A DNA stretch of 64,000 nt from Carpediemonas membranifera BICM (GCA_019828565.1 JAHDYR010000064.1:186001-250000); one strand, 5' to 3'. Numbered from the stretch's first letter, positions 44,805 through 56,702 are shown. Program-made: numbers and translations. The notes: generated by a model from the letters alone, not told the origin.

Positions 44805-45560
44805 TCAGACAGCGTTCGCAGGAGGGGCAGGTCCGGCCTTCTGCGGCTCCCTCACCATCAACCAGAGTACGGGGCCATCCTTTTTCTCCCTAACGACCGC
44901 CTTCTCCTGCACCTCAAACCCAAACCTGCCGTAAAATGGCAGGTTCTTGTCCTTGCTGTTCTCCAGATAAATGGGAAGACCAAGGATGTCTGCGATTGCG
45001 GTGAGCTGTCTCATTTGGACTCCGCCTACACCCTGCCCGCGGAGGTTGACCCCGATTGCGAAGAGGTAGATGAACGGCCGGCCTTTCATGATCTTGCTCC
45101 TGTGTCTCGCGTCCCACATATCTGTGAGGGCAAGGTTGACCATCGTTGAAACTGTTGGCAAGTGCCCCAGAACTCTTTTGGCGTAACGCAGAGTTACCAT
45201 CGTGTCAAATTTCTTGATATGCGCGCTGGGAACGGCAATGATGCCACCCACGACGGTGTCGCCCTGCATGGTGCACTGAACGAGGCCATGGGCCTTTGCC
45301 GAGAGGATCTCGGCGATGAAGAGGTCGTGGAGAAGGCGTCGGAACTTGTGTTCGGCGGACTTGTATGATTTGTGATGCCAGATGGCGTTCGGATCGTCAA
45401 CGAATGCTGTAACCATGAGATCCGCGAGCTGGTTCCGCAAATTGCGACCAACGCATGGGACAACGCGAAGATCGATCTTTGAATGGTCATTCATGGCATG
45501 ATTCTCAGACTTGGCTTCTGTTTCTTGCGGTGTTGGCTCCGCATTCTCGTTTTGTGTCAT
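44805..45560 (-). CDS. GNAT acetyltransferase
   Basis: AFVDDP, YLFAIGV..RGQGVG, PIYLENS..NLPFYGRFGF. Confidence 0.85.
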   Translation of the reverse strand: MTQNENAEPTPQETEAKSENHAMNDHSKIDLRVVPCVGRNLRNQLADLMVTAFVDDPNAIWHHKSYKSAEHKFRRLLHDLFIAEILSAKAHGLVQCTMQGDTVVGGIIAVPSAHIKKFDTMVTLRYAKRVLGHLPTVSTMVNLALTDMWDARHRSKIMKGRPFIYLFAIGVNLRGQGVGGVQMRQLTAIADILGLPIYLENSKDKNLPFYGRFGFEVQEKAVVREKKDGPVLWLMVREPQKAGPAPPANAV

Positions 45561-45607
45561 TGCCTGCTGCCAAATGCAGCCGCATTAAACTGCTCGATTG
45601 TGCATGG

Positions 45608-46284
45608 ATGGACACACACCCGCTCTGGCGCTACTTTGGTGACCGTTGGTAGCGATGTCTGGTTCCTATCGGGCCTCCCTTATAATCTGTGTTGCGGCGA
45701 CGTGGTGGACGAGTGGAAGGGCCGGACGAGGGCCAGATCATCACCTCAGACGCCGCGTACTACATCGACGCCTACCACACCAAGCAGACGCCGTGCGAAC
45801 GGCTCCTACCAGGCCAGCCAGTCGACCTGTAACGTTACCGCTGGCACGACGCGCTCACCACAGGCTCTCACAAGACCTCGAATGACAGGCGATATACGCG
45901 TTGATGTCATTCACCAGTGCGGCTCCATCAACGACTGCCACGGTGATCTTGGCAAGCCAGCTGTACTGCATGCCGGTTGGGTACACTCGCCAGCGCTACC
46001 GCCTCAACAACCTGTCTTACGGCGGTAGGTTCCTTCTCAAGCGATCGGTTGAGCTGCTTTGCACCACTGACATTACCCTGTCCTTGTTGGACTTCGCGGC
46101 CTCTCATGGCCGAGACCGTCTTCCACGCTGCCGACGCGGTCAGCCGAATGGACATAGGCCCCCCATCTTCAAGAAATATGAGACGTATGACAGTATGAGC
46201 ATCGCGTCAGCTCCTTGCTACGGAAAAATGAGGATCAATCCATTGGGTCGACCGCCGACATCCAACTCCACCCCAGCCAAATAA
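45608..46284 (+). pseudogene. Degenerate coding-like fragment with several frameshifts and stops, family unassigned
   Basis: Protein-like stretches alternate between the three + frames; no intact ORF. Confidence 0.25.
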
Positions 46285-46324
46285 ACAAGATTTAAGCATG
46301 AGATATGTGCACTGATTCTGTACA

Positions 46325-49300
46325 TTATTGCAATGTCGCGTTCGTCGAAGTCCGCCGTAGCATCGTCGCCGAAGCCTTGCGCCCCTTCACACTTGTGATG
46401 TTCCGAGACATGAAGTTCTTTCGCGCCCGGTTAGCCGCAGACGACCCAGGGTGCGACGCTGTCGGTTGGATGATCTCTCGAATCCGGCTCTTGGCCTCAG
46501 GTACCTCGTAAGTCGGGAATGAGCCCTTCACCTGGTAGCGCCACTCCATGCGGTCGGTTGTCACGACCAGGATGCCCGCCTGCGGGTTCCCATAGGATGT
46601 GGGGCTGTAGGATATCGTCAACTGGGTGGGAGTCGACCCGGCTGGCTCGAGGACACCATTAGGAGGCTCTACCGCAAACTCGACAGGCGACTCGGGCGTA
46701 AAAGTTGCTGCAAACGGGGAGTACGCAGAGTGGACGTTGTTCAGGGCCAGGGTGACCAGGCCAGACGTGTTGGGAGCCGCGGCGATGGATATAGTGTCAT
46801 CAATGTCAGGGACCGTTGCAGTTACAAGCAGGTCGAAGTGCCACCGACCGCCACGGGAGGTGTCTTCGATGATAAGCTCGACAGGCGAGGACATCGATCT
46901 CAGGGGCTTGAATGTGAACTGTAGAGGAACCTCAACTTCCCCCCGGACCATCGTAAACATCGTGGGCGACACACTAAGAGTTTGGGCGATCATACTCTCA
47001 TCATCATCAGGGAAGCGGAGAGAGGCAGCAAATGGAAGGGCGTCGCGGCTATCCGTCCACGTCTCGGCAAGACGATAGAGTTCAAAGTTGGCCTTGTGGC
47101 GAAGCTCGGAACGTGCACGGGTGACCAGCTTTGTTGTCCGACCTGTGGCAGGGATGTCAGCGATGCCGATGATGGGGCTATCCCAGGCCAGAGGGACGTC
47201 GTCATCGGAGTTGAGGTCCGTGATTCGGACAGTTGCCTTAAACTGCGCCATGGTGGGAGCAAAGAAACAGACGGGAACCTGCAGGGAACCGAAGGGGGGT
47301 GTGACCACGTGGTCGGGCTTCTTCATCATGAGCTGCCAAGCGTCTGGCGTGTCCGAGATGAGCGAGACTGAAGTGTGAAGCGACTTTGGGAACGGGTTCT
47401 TGAACATGACCATAGTGGTGTTCGTGGCCCCGGGTTGGGCGAGGGTTCTGATCGGCACCTGCTCGGAGGGCGGCATACCGTTGCCGGTGACGTCATAAAC
47501 ATATTCACCTGCCGTCCGCGACTTGAAAGAGATACGCCCGGTTTCAGTTGCAGTGATGCTCGTAGGCGTGTACACGAACTCTACGTGAACTGTGCCCTGG
47601 GCGGGGACGATGATGTCGCCAGCAGGAACAGTCGCATAGTTCTGAGGGTTGGTGTTGTGGACGTAGTACTTGACAGCTGTAGCAAGGGGGTTGTCGAGGG
47701 TGACCGCTTGGGTCTGAGTCGACCCGATCTCGGCGCTGAACGCGGGCATGGCCACTGGGTCGGCGACTTCGGCCTCGAGGTTAAGTTCGAACCAGAAATC
47801 CTCAGAGTCGGAAATGAACGAGATGGAACCGCGGGAAGAGCCCGGGATCATGGGTGAATATACGATCTGATACGATACGGACTCACGAGGACCAATCATG
47901 ACGACACTGTCCCCGTAGAGCGCGGGACCGTTAATGTCAACGCTAAACTGCGCCGCCCAATCTGCAGGGTTCGTGATGGTAAGCTCAGTCGAGATAGGCT
48001 CGTGGCACTTTGTCTGAAGAGTAATGGCCGCCTCAGGTTGCGGGGGCGTGGCGTGCAGCTCTATGGCGTACCACACAAACTGCCCGCTCGGCGCCGTGAA
48101 CGTGATGGTTCCCCTGACGGCGGTAGCTCTGTTTGTCAACACCTGGAAGGTGTAGGGGGCGGTGCCCTTGCTGGGAACGTTGAGCGCAGTGGGTCCGGTA
48201 ATCCACTCTTCGTCGCACGAGACTGCGTATGTTACTGGGTGGTCGAATGGGTTGACCACGTCAATCGTACGCTCCTCGGGCTGGCGGGCGGTAGCCTCGA
48301 TGGTGAGGTAGTCCTCAGCTGCGGGGTCGTCTACCTCTGCTACAAGAGTGCAGGTCGACTCTGCGCCGCTCTCCTGGTTGATGAGCACCAGCTTGCCCTC
48401 GTGTAGGCCTGTCCGCTTGGGAGTGAAAGTGAGATCATAGTTGGTCGACCCGCCCGGCCCCACCCGGAAGCCAGAGTTGCCGGTAAACCCTTCACCAGTG
48501 AGAAGAACCTTGTACGCGATCTCCTTCGTGCTTGAGTTATGCACCGGAATCTTCTGACTAATTACGTCTCTCACGCGGGCCTCGAACTCGATATGCATAT
48601 CCACGCCAGGCTCGTGGACAGTGAGCTCGATATCGGCCACACGGACGTCATAGGCTGAGCGCATAGTCATGCGAACAGGGTAAGTACCGGCAGACAGAGC
48701 CTTGACCTTCAGGGGATACAAATTCGGCTGTGTCTCCTGGCCCGCAGTCCTCTTCGAGGGGTTGTACAGAGTCACCTCTGGAGGTCCTCCCACATGGTCT
48801 GCCGAGAACTCCACGGCGTAGTCAAGGCTGTCAGAGTCCTTGAACGCCTGCTGTATCACGGGCAGACCGGGCATCCCGTTGAGTCTTTTGACAATAGGGT
48901 TGTCCCAGGGCAAGTCGATGTCCCGCTGGGTCTCCTCGCTCGTCGTGGTGAGGTGGTACGTGTCGGTCGGGTCGGGCAGGACTGCTGTGCCGCTGACGGC
49001 GTAGGTAAACTCCCCGAGGGCGTCGTCAGAGAAGGTGAGGATGGCGTGGTAGGCGCCTGGCTGGAGAGGGTGGAATCTGAGCCGCATACGGTGCGTTTTC
49101 TTCTCTCCAGGCTCGAGGCTGACAGTCTTCGAGCTCGTGCCTAGAGTGAAAGCGTCGGGTGTGACCAGGCGACCTTCGATCCGTTGCCGGGCCCTCATGG
49201 CGATTGCCTTGGCGTCCGTGGCGTTCGGTCTGACCGTGATCGCTGTAGTATCACGACTCTGACCGAGTCGGACGTCGAACTGTCCTTTTCTGGTGAACGG

Positions 49301-52300
49301 CGACTTGATGGCCAAGTCGATGGTGCGTGTCTCATAAACCTTGCAAATCTCCTTGACAGTGTCTATCGGCGTGCCAGGCTCGACCTCGCCGATAAGTTCG
49401 ATGACCATGGGTTCAGGGTATGGAGCTGCTCCTATCTTATGGGGGGTGAAGACCAGCCTGCCCGTGGTTGGTTTGCTGAACACAGGAGTAAAGGTCACAG
49501 GGAATTCCACCGTGGCCTTGGACTCGATCTTGACGAGCTCGCTGTCGCTGGTAAAGTCGCCAGTGCCAGTCATGGAGACAGAGTACTGAGCTTGCTTCTT
49601 GGTAGGGTTGGTCAGCTTCACGTGCTTCACAAGAGGCTCGTTAAGCTTGGCTGAGAAGGACAGTGTCAGCTTGGGGGCAAAAGCGGCCATGCGCTGGTTA
49701 AGGTAGAGTGCAAAGATCGCCATATCGCGTGCTGATCCCTTAGAGATGTCAGCGGGCACGGCACCGAGGTCGAGCTTAAGTCTGGTCATGGCGTCGCATA
49801 CGGCGCTCTGCAGGTCGGCCGTGAGACGCTCAGGATCGTAGTCTGGGGTATCCATCTTCTCAGCGTATGTTCTGAGCCCAGGCTCGAAGTCGCTGATGTT
49901 GACGAGATCTCTGCCGAGTAGACACGCGACTAATGCCCGCTTGAGGACGGAGAGCGAGGGTACGTTCTTGAGCATGGCCGCGGCGAAGGCGATGCAGTCG
50001 GAGAGAGCGTCAAATGTGGTATACACTATCCTCTTGGATGCGGCATAAAGGCTGACCTCCAGGGGGACGTCTGTGTCGACCTTCTCGCCCTTGCTGACGA
50101 TGATGCGCTGGAGGACCTTGGCCGCGTCGGCTGGGAACTCTTCTTCCTTAACTGGACCATAAATAAACTCGTACGCGGTTAAATTGATCCAGTTGAGCAG
50201 GTTGAGCTCCTGGGCAGAGTATATATTGCTCCCGCTGGCTGCAGGAAGTCTCGCAGCGACGAGCTTGGCGCCCGGCGTGGCTGGGAGCGGCTTGACAGCG
50301 TTCATGGCGAACAGCTTGATCAGTTGGTAAAGAATCGAGCTCCAGGCCGAGGGGGCGACAATCTCCCAAACCTGGGAGAAGACTGCGTTCATCCGAACAC
50401 TGACAATGACAGGAGGTACCACATCGCCGCTGCCCACCGTCCTCTGACAATGGTGAATGAACTCCTTCTGGGGAAGCAGAGAGGCGGGCATGACGTGATT
50501 AATCAGCGCTCCGTGTGATTTGAGAGAGACTAATATGCCGTCAATCAGGCTGAGGTTGGCGTCCACGCGCTGGTCAATAGTACCGGTACGAGGGAGGGTC
50601 TTCGTCTGAATGGGGCGGCCCGTCAGAGCTTCGACTAGCTCGACTGCGATGGTGGGGTTGTCGGCGAGGGCGGCGGGGTTGTCTCCGATGGCGAAGAGGC
50701 GGGGGTAGAGCGTGCCGAGGTACTTGAGAAGCATGGCGCTCGAGAGGTCGTCTTCTACGCCAGCGCCGCAGGGGAACGCCCAAGGGATGACAGGCTTCAC
50801 GGCAGTTTCTGAGACATCCGACAATGCTGCGGTGACAAACCTACTGAGCAAATCTGACAAAACTCCGGCCCGAACCTTGTAAGCGTCGCGGTGGGATACA
50901 GGGATGGGAACATCCTTAGCGAGCACTGCCAGGCCAGCGTACTGGGACTTGAGGATGGGGTGATCGAGAGGCACAGTACCGTCGGCCGCACCGGCGACAA
51001 ACATGCGGGAGAAAGTAGTCTGGCCGCTTGCCACGACAGCTGCTGCGTCGCTGATGACGTCAGGCTCAAGTGTGAGACCGTTCCTGGGTAGCTGAGCTAC
51101 TATAGGCTTTCCAGGTACGGACTTGAGTGTGAGCAGGTTCTTGTGGCCCATAATAAAGGGTAGAGCCATCATGAGGGATGTGTCTGTGGTGCCAGAGATG
51201 AAGACAGCGGCCTTCTTCCCGGACGGGTCGGCGAATTCCAGCTTGGCTGTGAACGAGATGGGCTTCTTTGAGGCGAAAGACACGGTCACGGGAATAGAAG
51301 CGATGTTGTAAGCCAGAAGATTGCCCTTGGGGAACGTAACGAGCAACGGCGTCCTGCTAGTATCCGGGGGCAAGATGCATCTGATCTCTGAGCTCTGGTG
51401 GCCGACGTTGATGATGTGGAAAGTGGCCATAGCCGGCACACCGACAGGCACAGTTGGAAGCACCACGTGCTGGCGGTCGAAGGTGATGCAAGGCTCATGG
51501 GGAACACCGCGGAGATCGACGACGTGAGGTCGGTAGCCGTCAATAGCGGCCTCGTCGGCCTTGCGTTGGGCTTCTTTCCGGTCAGGAGGTCCGTTGCCGG
51601 CGGTAGGGCGCATGAAGTCGTTCGCGATGGGGCCGTAGTGGAGCGTAAGCTGCTGTTGGACAGAGCGAGCGTGGAATACGGGATGGAAGGTGATCGTCAG
51701 CTGCTCAGACGAGTGCGGCTCGACGACTCCGTGCTGTGGCGAGGCACTGAAGCATGAATCCTCAGGGAACAGGCCGCAGAACGGGACTGGGGTCGAAGAG
51801 GGGTTGGAAAGCTCGATTCCAGCCTTGTACACAGAGTGCTTGCCAGCTATATTCGAGGCGGAGACAGGTCTCACCCCGAAGTTAATGAGGTGGCGAGAGA
51901 CGAGCAGCTGGGGCCTGGTGCTCGTCGCAAGGATCCGGGCCTGCTCGAGGTGAACCGGGGGCTGAGGCAGACCCGCGACTGTGATTGGGAGTCTAAAGTC
52001 GTGAGTCACATCTCCGGCGGGGGTAAACGCAACGTCAAGGCTGACCTCGCCCATCTGAGCTAGAATGACTCGGACCAAGTGGACAGACTCCATCGTGTCC
52101 TCTGATCTTTCACCATGACCCTCGTCGGGCCGACCTGAAAGCTCGGCCTCCATCTGCCCCTTGGTGACTGGAGCAATGGCGTCTCTGTCAGCGTCGTAGG
52201 GGATGTGGATGGCGAACTCCGGGGTGTTTGAGAAGTCTACGAAGAGGAGGGCGGGGATGGGCGAGTTGTTCTTAAGCTGCACTGACTTGGTTACAGTCAG

Positions 52301-55252
52301 ACAGACTGGGACTCGACCAAAGTCGATGGGAAGGCCTGAAGTCACGCGGATGTCCGGAACCTGAATGTCTGCGGTCAATTGGAGGGTCTGCTTGGCTCCT
52401 CCCCGCACGCCTATCGTGATGGGTGTGTCCAGGACCTGCGCCTTGTTGGACAAGATTGTGACTGTCAGCTCAGCGGTGGTTCCACCCGGTACGCAGCCTT
52501 GCTTGGGAGTGACCGAGATGGCCGAGACTGCTGAGCCAACCTGGTAGTATGCCTCGGTCGACCTAGGGTTCTTGAGGGTCACCTTGAGGGTTTTCTCCAT
52601 TCCGACCGAGATTACTCCGAAAGGCAGGGCCTGGGCGAGCACGCGGAGGTCGGCTGGGGTGATGGATGCCTTGACTGCTACAGAAACAGTCTCGCCGCCG
52701 ACAACGTCGAAGTTGACCGACTCATCAAGCGAGGCCTTGGCCCCAGGCAGCCACTGGATGTCGACTGGGCGATCAGAGTTGGCCGGGATTTCCCCAGACG
52801 CGGGAATGACATTAAAGTCTTCCGAAGTCACAGACGCTGACCACTGAGCAATGGTGTTCCCCTCGTTTCTCAGCACGAGCTGCTTGGGCACAACCCGGTC
52901 GAACATATTACCGCTCGAGAGACTGAACATGAGCTCGCGGACTGAGGGAACGACACGAACGGGCCGAACGACAGCCACAACACTGAGTTGGAAGCACTGC
53001 TGATCGTTGATGGCAACCGTGATCACTCTGGAAAAGGCGTCGACGGGCGTGTGGCAGGAAACTGTGATGTCGAACCCAGCCATGTTGCCTGGGTTGAGTA
53101 CCTGGGACTTGGGTCGGACAACCACCTGGTCGTCACCGTCGCAGTGGAGCGAGACCTTGACGGCGTGTGAGTTATCATTGGCGACGTTGAAAGAGAGTGT
53201 TTCGGACGACATAACTGTCAGAACCCCGTAGTCGAAGTGTCTGGGTCCAGTGGTGACTCTGGAAAGAATGGCTTCGTCCACCATCTTCGAGCACCCCTCC
53301 ATCTCGGCGTCGAGAGTTGGTTCCGACTTGAACTTCGCCTTGACGAGCTTCCTGATCTCATCCAGCCGGGGCCTGGAGAGCACCGGGGCCTGACCTACAA
53401 CACCGGTGCCCCCAGTGACTGCGGCGTCGACCTTGGGCATCTCGAGGACCGGTTCGCGGAGGGTAGAGATCGGGTCGAAAGCACTGCGTTTGCTGGCTGC
53501 CTCCTTGGCTTTCTTGGCGAGGTACGTGGGTTTAGTCGCCCCGAGCGTGGCGTTCTGGTCGACCAGTCTGTTGTGGGTCCCCCCGCTGAGCATTCTCTTA
53601 GTCAAGGGCGTGCGGGTCGACGCCCTGGACCTGTTGTCCTTTCCCATGCCGTACTGGCCGCTGCCAGTGAGGGCGACCTGGAGATCAATGCATTTGGCCA
53701 GACGAAGGACGATGGCCGCGTTCTTGGGGACTGGAGCCAAACTCTTGGGTATGAATGTTACATGGAAATCAACTGATTGAAGTCGGCCGAGTGATGTGAC
53801 TTCCGGACGGATGGAGAAGGCATGGGGCATCTTAAGAACCTCAACTGGGACGTTGACGCGCTCCGACTTGTTAGTGAGTGTAAAAGACATCGTACGCTCT
53901 GCCCCGACAATCACAGGACCGAAAGCGAGCTTATTAGTCGACAACACCACATGGGGGCGAACTGCGGTGGCAGTGAATGGGACGGCCATGACTTGCCCCG
54001 TCGCCCCGACGATGAGGTCGAGTGCCAGGTCGTATTGACGTTCATCCGCGTCTGTACGGGCGAGCCTGGTCTCTGTGCCAATTGCAGAGGGCGGGCGGTT
54101 GTCGCCTTCGAGGTGAGTTACTACGCCGCCGGATGCATCGGCCGTGGCATTGTTGATAAAACGTTGAGCCTGCTCGAGCACGTTCTCGTCAGCGACTGGG
54201 GTGAACTTGAGCAGCACTTCCTGCTCAGAGTAGGGTGGGATAGTGCCCTCCCGGGGCTCGAAAGAGACGTTGGTCGCCTCGGGCACGTCCTTACGGGTTC
54301 TTACTGTGACCGCAGAGTATGTTGACATGTCATCCTCCTCGGGCTGGGCAGCATCTCTCAGGCGCAGGTTGTAGTCGAGCGGGACGGCTGTAGGATTTGA
54401 AACAATCAGAGTCTTGCTTACGACGGTGTTATAGAAGACTCGGCCGAGGGTCATCGCTGTCAGGGGAGCTGGACGGGCGCGCTTGGTCGGACGGTGCATC
54501 AGGGCGACCAGCGCGGTCACTATGGAGGCGTTGATGACGATGTGGATGGCAGGCAGGGGATCTGCCGTGGGTGATGCGTACGAAAATGCCGCTACGACGT
54601 TAAGAACGCCCACAGCGGAGCCTTGGACAGTGAAGACGACCTCCTGACTCTCTCCGGGGCCGAGGGAGCCTGTCATAGGCGAGGCGGTGATGCAACCGGT
54701 GGGTGATTCCCCGCTCTCGAGCTTGAGCTCCCAGTCACCCTCACCTGGTCCGATGTTGGTGATACGGACCACCTGCTCGACGTCCTGGCCCAGAAGCACG
54801 TTGCCAAAGTCCAGTCCGGCCTGGTCGAGCTCAAACTCTGGGTGGGCGGGTACTACTTTGATGGGGACTACGACTTCTTCCTTATGCGCCTCGACGGAGG
54901 TGGACTGCGCTGTGATGATCAGTTGGTCGTTCTGGGTGCGTGTGATTGGATCCGTGGCGTCTAGATAGATGCGGACGATCTTGCCGAGGCCTGGAGAGAG
55001 CTGCCTGGTCTCGCGGCCTGCGCTTGGGTTGTTCGGATCGGCGTTCTTCTGACTCTCTAGGAATACTGCGGTTATGTGAGGATTAGCAGGAGTCTTGGAG
55101 GATAGACGCACACGAATAGGCTCGTTCACAGTGATATTCTGCACAGAGATGTCTACGTAGTATATAGAGTTCGAAGACACGTCGAATTTGATCGATGGCG
55201 GCGTAATGCTCATTAGATTGCCATTAAGCAATCGCTTCGTGCCGCTCATCAT
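46325..55252 (-). CDS. CFAP47: CFAP47/Hydin-like ciliary protein with many ASH (MSP-like Ig) domains and a CH-like region
   Basis: About 2975 codons of repeated xDFGxV...L.N...F.V.P..G modules; SNIYSAQELNLLNW; C-terminal WRYQVKGSFPTYEVP. Confidence 0.8.
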   Translation of the reverse strand: MMSGTKRLLNGNLMSITPPSIKFDVSSNSIYYVDISVQNITVNEPIRVRLSSKTPANPHITAVFLESQKNADPNNPSAGRETRQLSPGLGKIVRIYLDATDPITRTQNDQLIITAQSTSVEAHKEEVVVPIKVVPAHPEFELDQAGLDFGNVLLGQDVEQVVRITNIGPGEGDWELKLESGESPTGCITASPMTGSLGPGESQEVVFTVQGSAVGVLNVVAAFSYASPTADPLPAIHIVINASIVTALVALMHRPTKRARPAPLTAMTLGRVFYNTVVSKTLIVSNPTAVPLDYNLRLRDAAQPEEDDMSTYSAVTVRTRKDVPEATNVSFEPREGTIPPYSEQEVLLKFTPVADENVLEQAQRFINNATADASGGVVTHLEGDNRPPSAIGTETRLARTDADERQYDLALDLIVGATGQVMAVPFTATAVRPHVVLSTNKLAFGPVIVGAERTMSFTLTNKSERVNVPVEVLKMPHAFSIRPEVTSLGRLQSVDFHVTFIPKSLAPVPKNAAIVLRLAKCIDLQVALTGSGQYGMGKDNRSRASTRTPLTKRMLSGGTHNRLVDQNATLGATKPTYLAKKAKEAASKRSAFDPISTLREPVLEMPKVDAAVTGGTGVVGQAPVLSRPRLDEIRKLVKAKFKSEPTLDAEMEGCSKMVDEAILSRVTTGPRHFDYGVLTVMSSETLSFNVANDNSHAVKVSLHCDGDDQVVVRPKSQVLNPGNMAGFDITVSCHTPVDAFSRVITVAINDQQCFQLSVVAVVRPVRVVPSVRELMFSLSSGNMFDRVVPKQLVLRNEGNTIAQWSASVTSEDFNVIPASGEIPANSDRPVDIQWLPGAKASLDESVNFDVVGGETVSVAVKASITPADLRVLAQALPFGVISVGMEKTLKVTLKNPRSTEAYYQVGSAVSAISVTPKQGCVPGGTTAELTVTILSNKAQVLDTPITIGVRGGAKQTLQLTADIQVPDIRVTSGLPIDFGRVPVCLTVTKSVQLKNNSPIPALLFVDFSNTPEFAIHIPYDADRDAIAPVTKGQMEAELSGRPDEGHGERSEDTMESVHLVRVILAQMGEVSLDVAFTPAGDVTHDFRLPITVAGLPQPPVHLEQARILATSTRPQLLVSRHLINFGVRPVSASNIAGKHSVYKAGIELSNPSSTPVPFCGLFPEDSCFSASPQHGVVEPHSSEQLTITFHPVFHARSVQQQLTLHYGPIANDFMRPTAGNGPPDRKEAQRKADEAAIDGYRPHVVDLRGVPHEPCITFDRQHVVLPTVPVGVPAMATFHIINVGHQSSEIRCILPPDTSRTPLLVTFPKGNLLAYNIASIPVTVSFASKKPISFTAKLEFADPSGKKAAVFISGTTDTSLMMALPFIMGHKNLLTLKSVPGKPIVAQLPRNGLTLEPDVISDAAAVVASGQTTFSRMFVAGAADGTVPLDHPILKSQYAGLAVLAKDVPIPVSHRDAYKVRAGVLSDLLSRFVTAALSDVSETAVKPVIPWAFPCGAGVEDDLSSAMLLKYLGTLYPRLFAIGDNPAALADNPTIAVELVEALTGRPIQTKTLPRTGTIDQRVDANLSLIDGILVSLKSHGALINHVMPASLLPQKEFIHHCQRTVGSGDVVPPVIVSVRMNAVFSQVWEIVAPSAWSSILYQLIKLFAMNAVKPLPATPGAKLVAARLPAASGSNIYSAQELNLLNWINLTAYEFIYGPVKEEEFPADAAKVLQRIIVSKGEKVDTDVPLEVSLYAASKRIVYTTFDALSDCIAFAAAMLKNVPSLSVLKRALVACLLGRDLVNISDFEPGLRTYAEKMDTPDYDPERLTADLQSAVCDAMTRLKLDLGAVPADISKGSARDMAIFALYLNQRMAAFAPKLTLSFSAKLNEPLVKHVKLTNPTKKQAQYSVSMTGTGDFTSDSELVKIESKATVEFPVTFTPVFSKPTTGRLVFTPHKIGAAPYPEPMVIELIGEVEPGTPIDTVKEICKVYETRTIDLAIKSPFTRKGQFDVRLGQSRDTTAITVRPNATDAKAIAMRARQRIEGRLVTPDAFTLGTSSKTVSLEPGEKKTHRMRLRFHPLQPGAYHAILTFSDDALGEFTYAVSGTAVLPDPTDTYHLTTTSEETQRDIDLPWDNPIVKRLNGMPGLPVIQQAFKDSDSLDYAVEFSADHVGGPPEVTLYNPSKRTAGQETQPNLYPLKVKALSAGTYPVRMTMRSAYDVRVADIELTVHEPGVDMHIEFEARVRDVISQKIPVHNSSTKEIAYKVLLTGEGFTGNSGFRVGPGGSTNYDLTFTPKRTGLHEGKLVLINQESGAESTCTLVAEVDDPAAEDYLTIEATARQPEERTIDVVNPFDHPVTYAVSCDEEWITGPTALNVPSKGTAPYTFQVLTNRATAVRGTITFTAPSGQFVWYAIELHATPPQPEAAITLQTKCHEPISTELTITNPADWAAQFSVDINGPALYGDSVVMIGPRESVSYQIVYSPMIPGSSRGSISFISDSEDFWFELNLEAEVADPVAMPAFSAEIGSTQTQAVTLDNPLATAVKYYVHNTNPQNYATVPAGDIIVPAQGTVHVEFVYTPTSITATETGRISFKSRTAGEYVYDVTGNGMPPSEQVPIRTLAQPGATNTTMVMFKNPFPKSLHTSVSLISDTPDAWQLMMKKPDHVVTPPFGSLQVPVCFFAPTMAQFKATVRITDLNSDDDVPLAWDSPIIGIADIPATGRTTKLVTRARSELRHKANFELYRLAETWTDSRDALPFAASLRFPDDDESMIAQTLSVSPTMFTMVRGEVEVPLQFTFKPLRSMSSPVELIIEDTSRGGRWHFDLLVTATVPDIDDTISIAAAPNTSGLVTLALNNVHSAYSPFAATFTPESPVEFAVEPPNGVLEPAGSTPTQLTISYSPTSYGNPQAGILVVTTDRMEWRYQVKGSFPTYEVPEAKSRIREIIQPTASHPGSSAANRARKNFMSRNITSVKGRKASATMLRRTSTNATLQ

Positions 55253-55441
55253 CAAGAACGAAGTTTCGTTTGTGTGGAAATTTGCATAAACTGCGAAGGA
55301 TGATTGAGGCCATCCAGCCCCAGGGCATGCTATGCTAGTGTGCAGGCTGGCCCCATAAACCTCGTTTTTCTTAATTTGGGGCTGCAGCTTTTTTTCATGC
55401 AAATTCGAACAGCGGTGATCGTCGTGGGTTGTTAGTGGAGA

Positions 55442-55972
55442 ATGCGCATTGAACCTTGCTCTTTCTGTTCAAAACCGATCTATCCCGGTCATGGCATTAT
55501 GTTTGTCCGGAATGATGCTCGTATCTTCCGTTTCTGTGGCAGCAAGTGCAGAAAGAACCACAACTTGAAGCGCCAGCCCAAGAAGACCGCATGGACCAAG
55601 GCCCACCGCCGTGCTGCTGGTAAGGAGCTTATGCGTGATTCCACCTTCGAGATGGAGCGTCGCCGCAACCGTCCCGTCCGCTACAACCGCGATCTGATGG
55701 AGACTACTGTCCACGCCATCCGCCGCATCAACAAGATCCGCTCTGATCGCGAGCAGCGCCACCACGTGCAGCGTATGCGCGAGGCTGTTGCCAAGATGAA
55801 CGCCAAGGAGACTGCTCAGCAGGCCAAGGCCGCGGCCACCCACCAGGAAGTCCCCGAAGAGATCCGTGCTGCTGCTCAGGCTGTTCAGAACATGGTACCT
55901 CCCAAGAAGGCGAAGATCTCCCGCCCGAAGCAGGCCCAGAAGGAGAAGGTCATGGTCGAGAGGAACGAGTGA
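55442..55972 (+). CDS. RLP24: Ribosome biogenesis protein RLP24 (L24e family)
   Basis: [25 protein letters not shown]...FRFC.SKC...WTKAHR...[22 protein letters not shown]. Confidence 0.92.
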   Translation: MRIEPCSFCSKPIYPGHGIMFVRNDARIFRFCGSKCRKNHNLKRQPKKTAWTKAHRRAAGKELMRDSTFEMERRRNRPVRYNRDLMETTVHAIRRINKIRSDREQRHHVQRMREAVAKMNAKETAQQAKAAATHQEVPEEIRAAAQAVQNMVPPKKAKISRPKQAQKEKVMVERNE

Positions 55973-56232
55973 GCCTGAGAAAATACAACAGAGTAGATCA
56001 CGTTAAAATCGGACACATTTCTTTGTATTTAGGGGCGGGATGTGTGTTGTCTGCTCCTCATTGGCTTGGACCCGAGCATTGCATCTGAGAGAGGCGGCCG
56101 TGCTCGGCAATCAAATGATGGGACACAGTGTATCAACGGATAGCACCCCTGGCTGGCTGGCTCCTCTCTCGACTGTACGCGCGCCTCCAGACCCCAGTTT
56201 GGACATATTCTGCACATTCGTTAAATCACGAG

Positions 56233-56702
56233 ATGTCTCAAGCCCGGCAAGCTGCAAGCACAATCAACTACCTAGAAGCACAAGAGAAGTCTGAAAAGTC
56301 ACGTCGGCCGCTTATCGCCGATCCTAACAACCGCAGAGAGAAGTACGTCCACTTTCCCCTCAATTACTCAGCAAGCTGCGCCAACTGCTCATGAATGAAA
56401 GCGAGTCTGTTCGTCTCCGCTACAGGATCCACCGCGAGACTTCATTTGCCGGCGATGCGATGATGGGACAAGGTTCTCTCCGCCGTCTCATGGCCACAGC
56501 CGTAGAACAAGGCGGCAGAGGACAATCCATCGACGCAGACGCCATAGTAGTGATGCAGAGCTTCTGCAAGACCTACATGACTGAGCTCATGGCCGAGGCG
56601 ATGGCGATCCAGGAGTCTTGGGGCGACTCGGGTCAGCTTTGTCCTGTACATATAGAGGAGGCACACAGAAGGCTCAAACGAGACGGGTTGGCGGCTAACT
56701 AG
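56233..56702 (+). CDS. TAF11: TFIID subunit TAF11-like histone-fold protein; 29-nt intron at 56343-56371
   Basis: RYRIHRETSF...K.YM.EL..EA..IQESWGDSGQLCPVHIEEAHRRL; intron GTACGT...TTACTCAG. Confidence 0.75.

Noticed and set aside
55253-55402. Upstream extension of the CFAP47 ORF
   Set aside because: Overlaps the AT-tract divergent promoter region shared with RLP24; a downstream Met is the more plausible start
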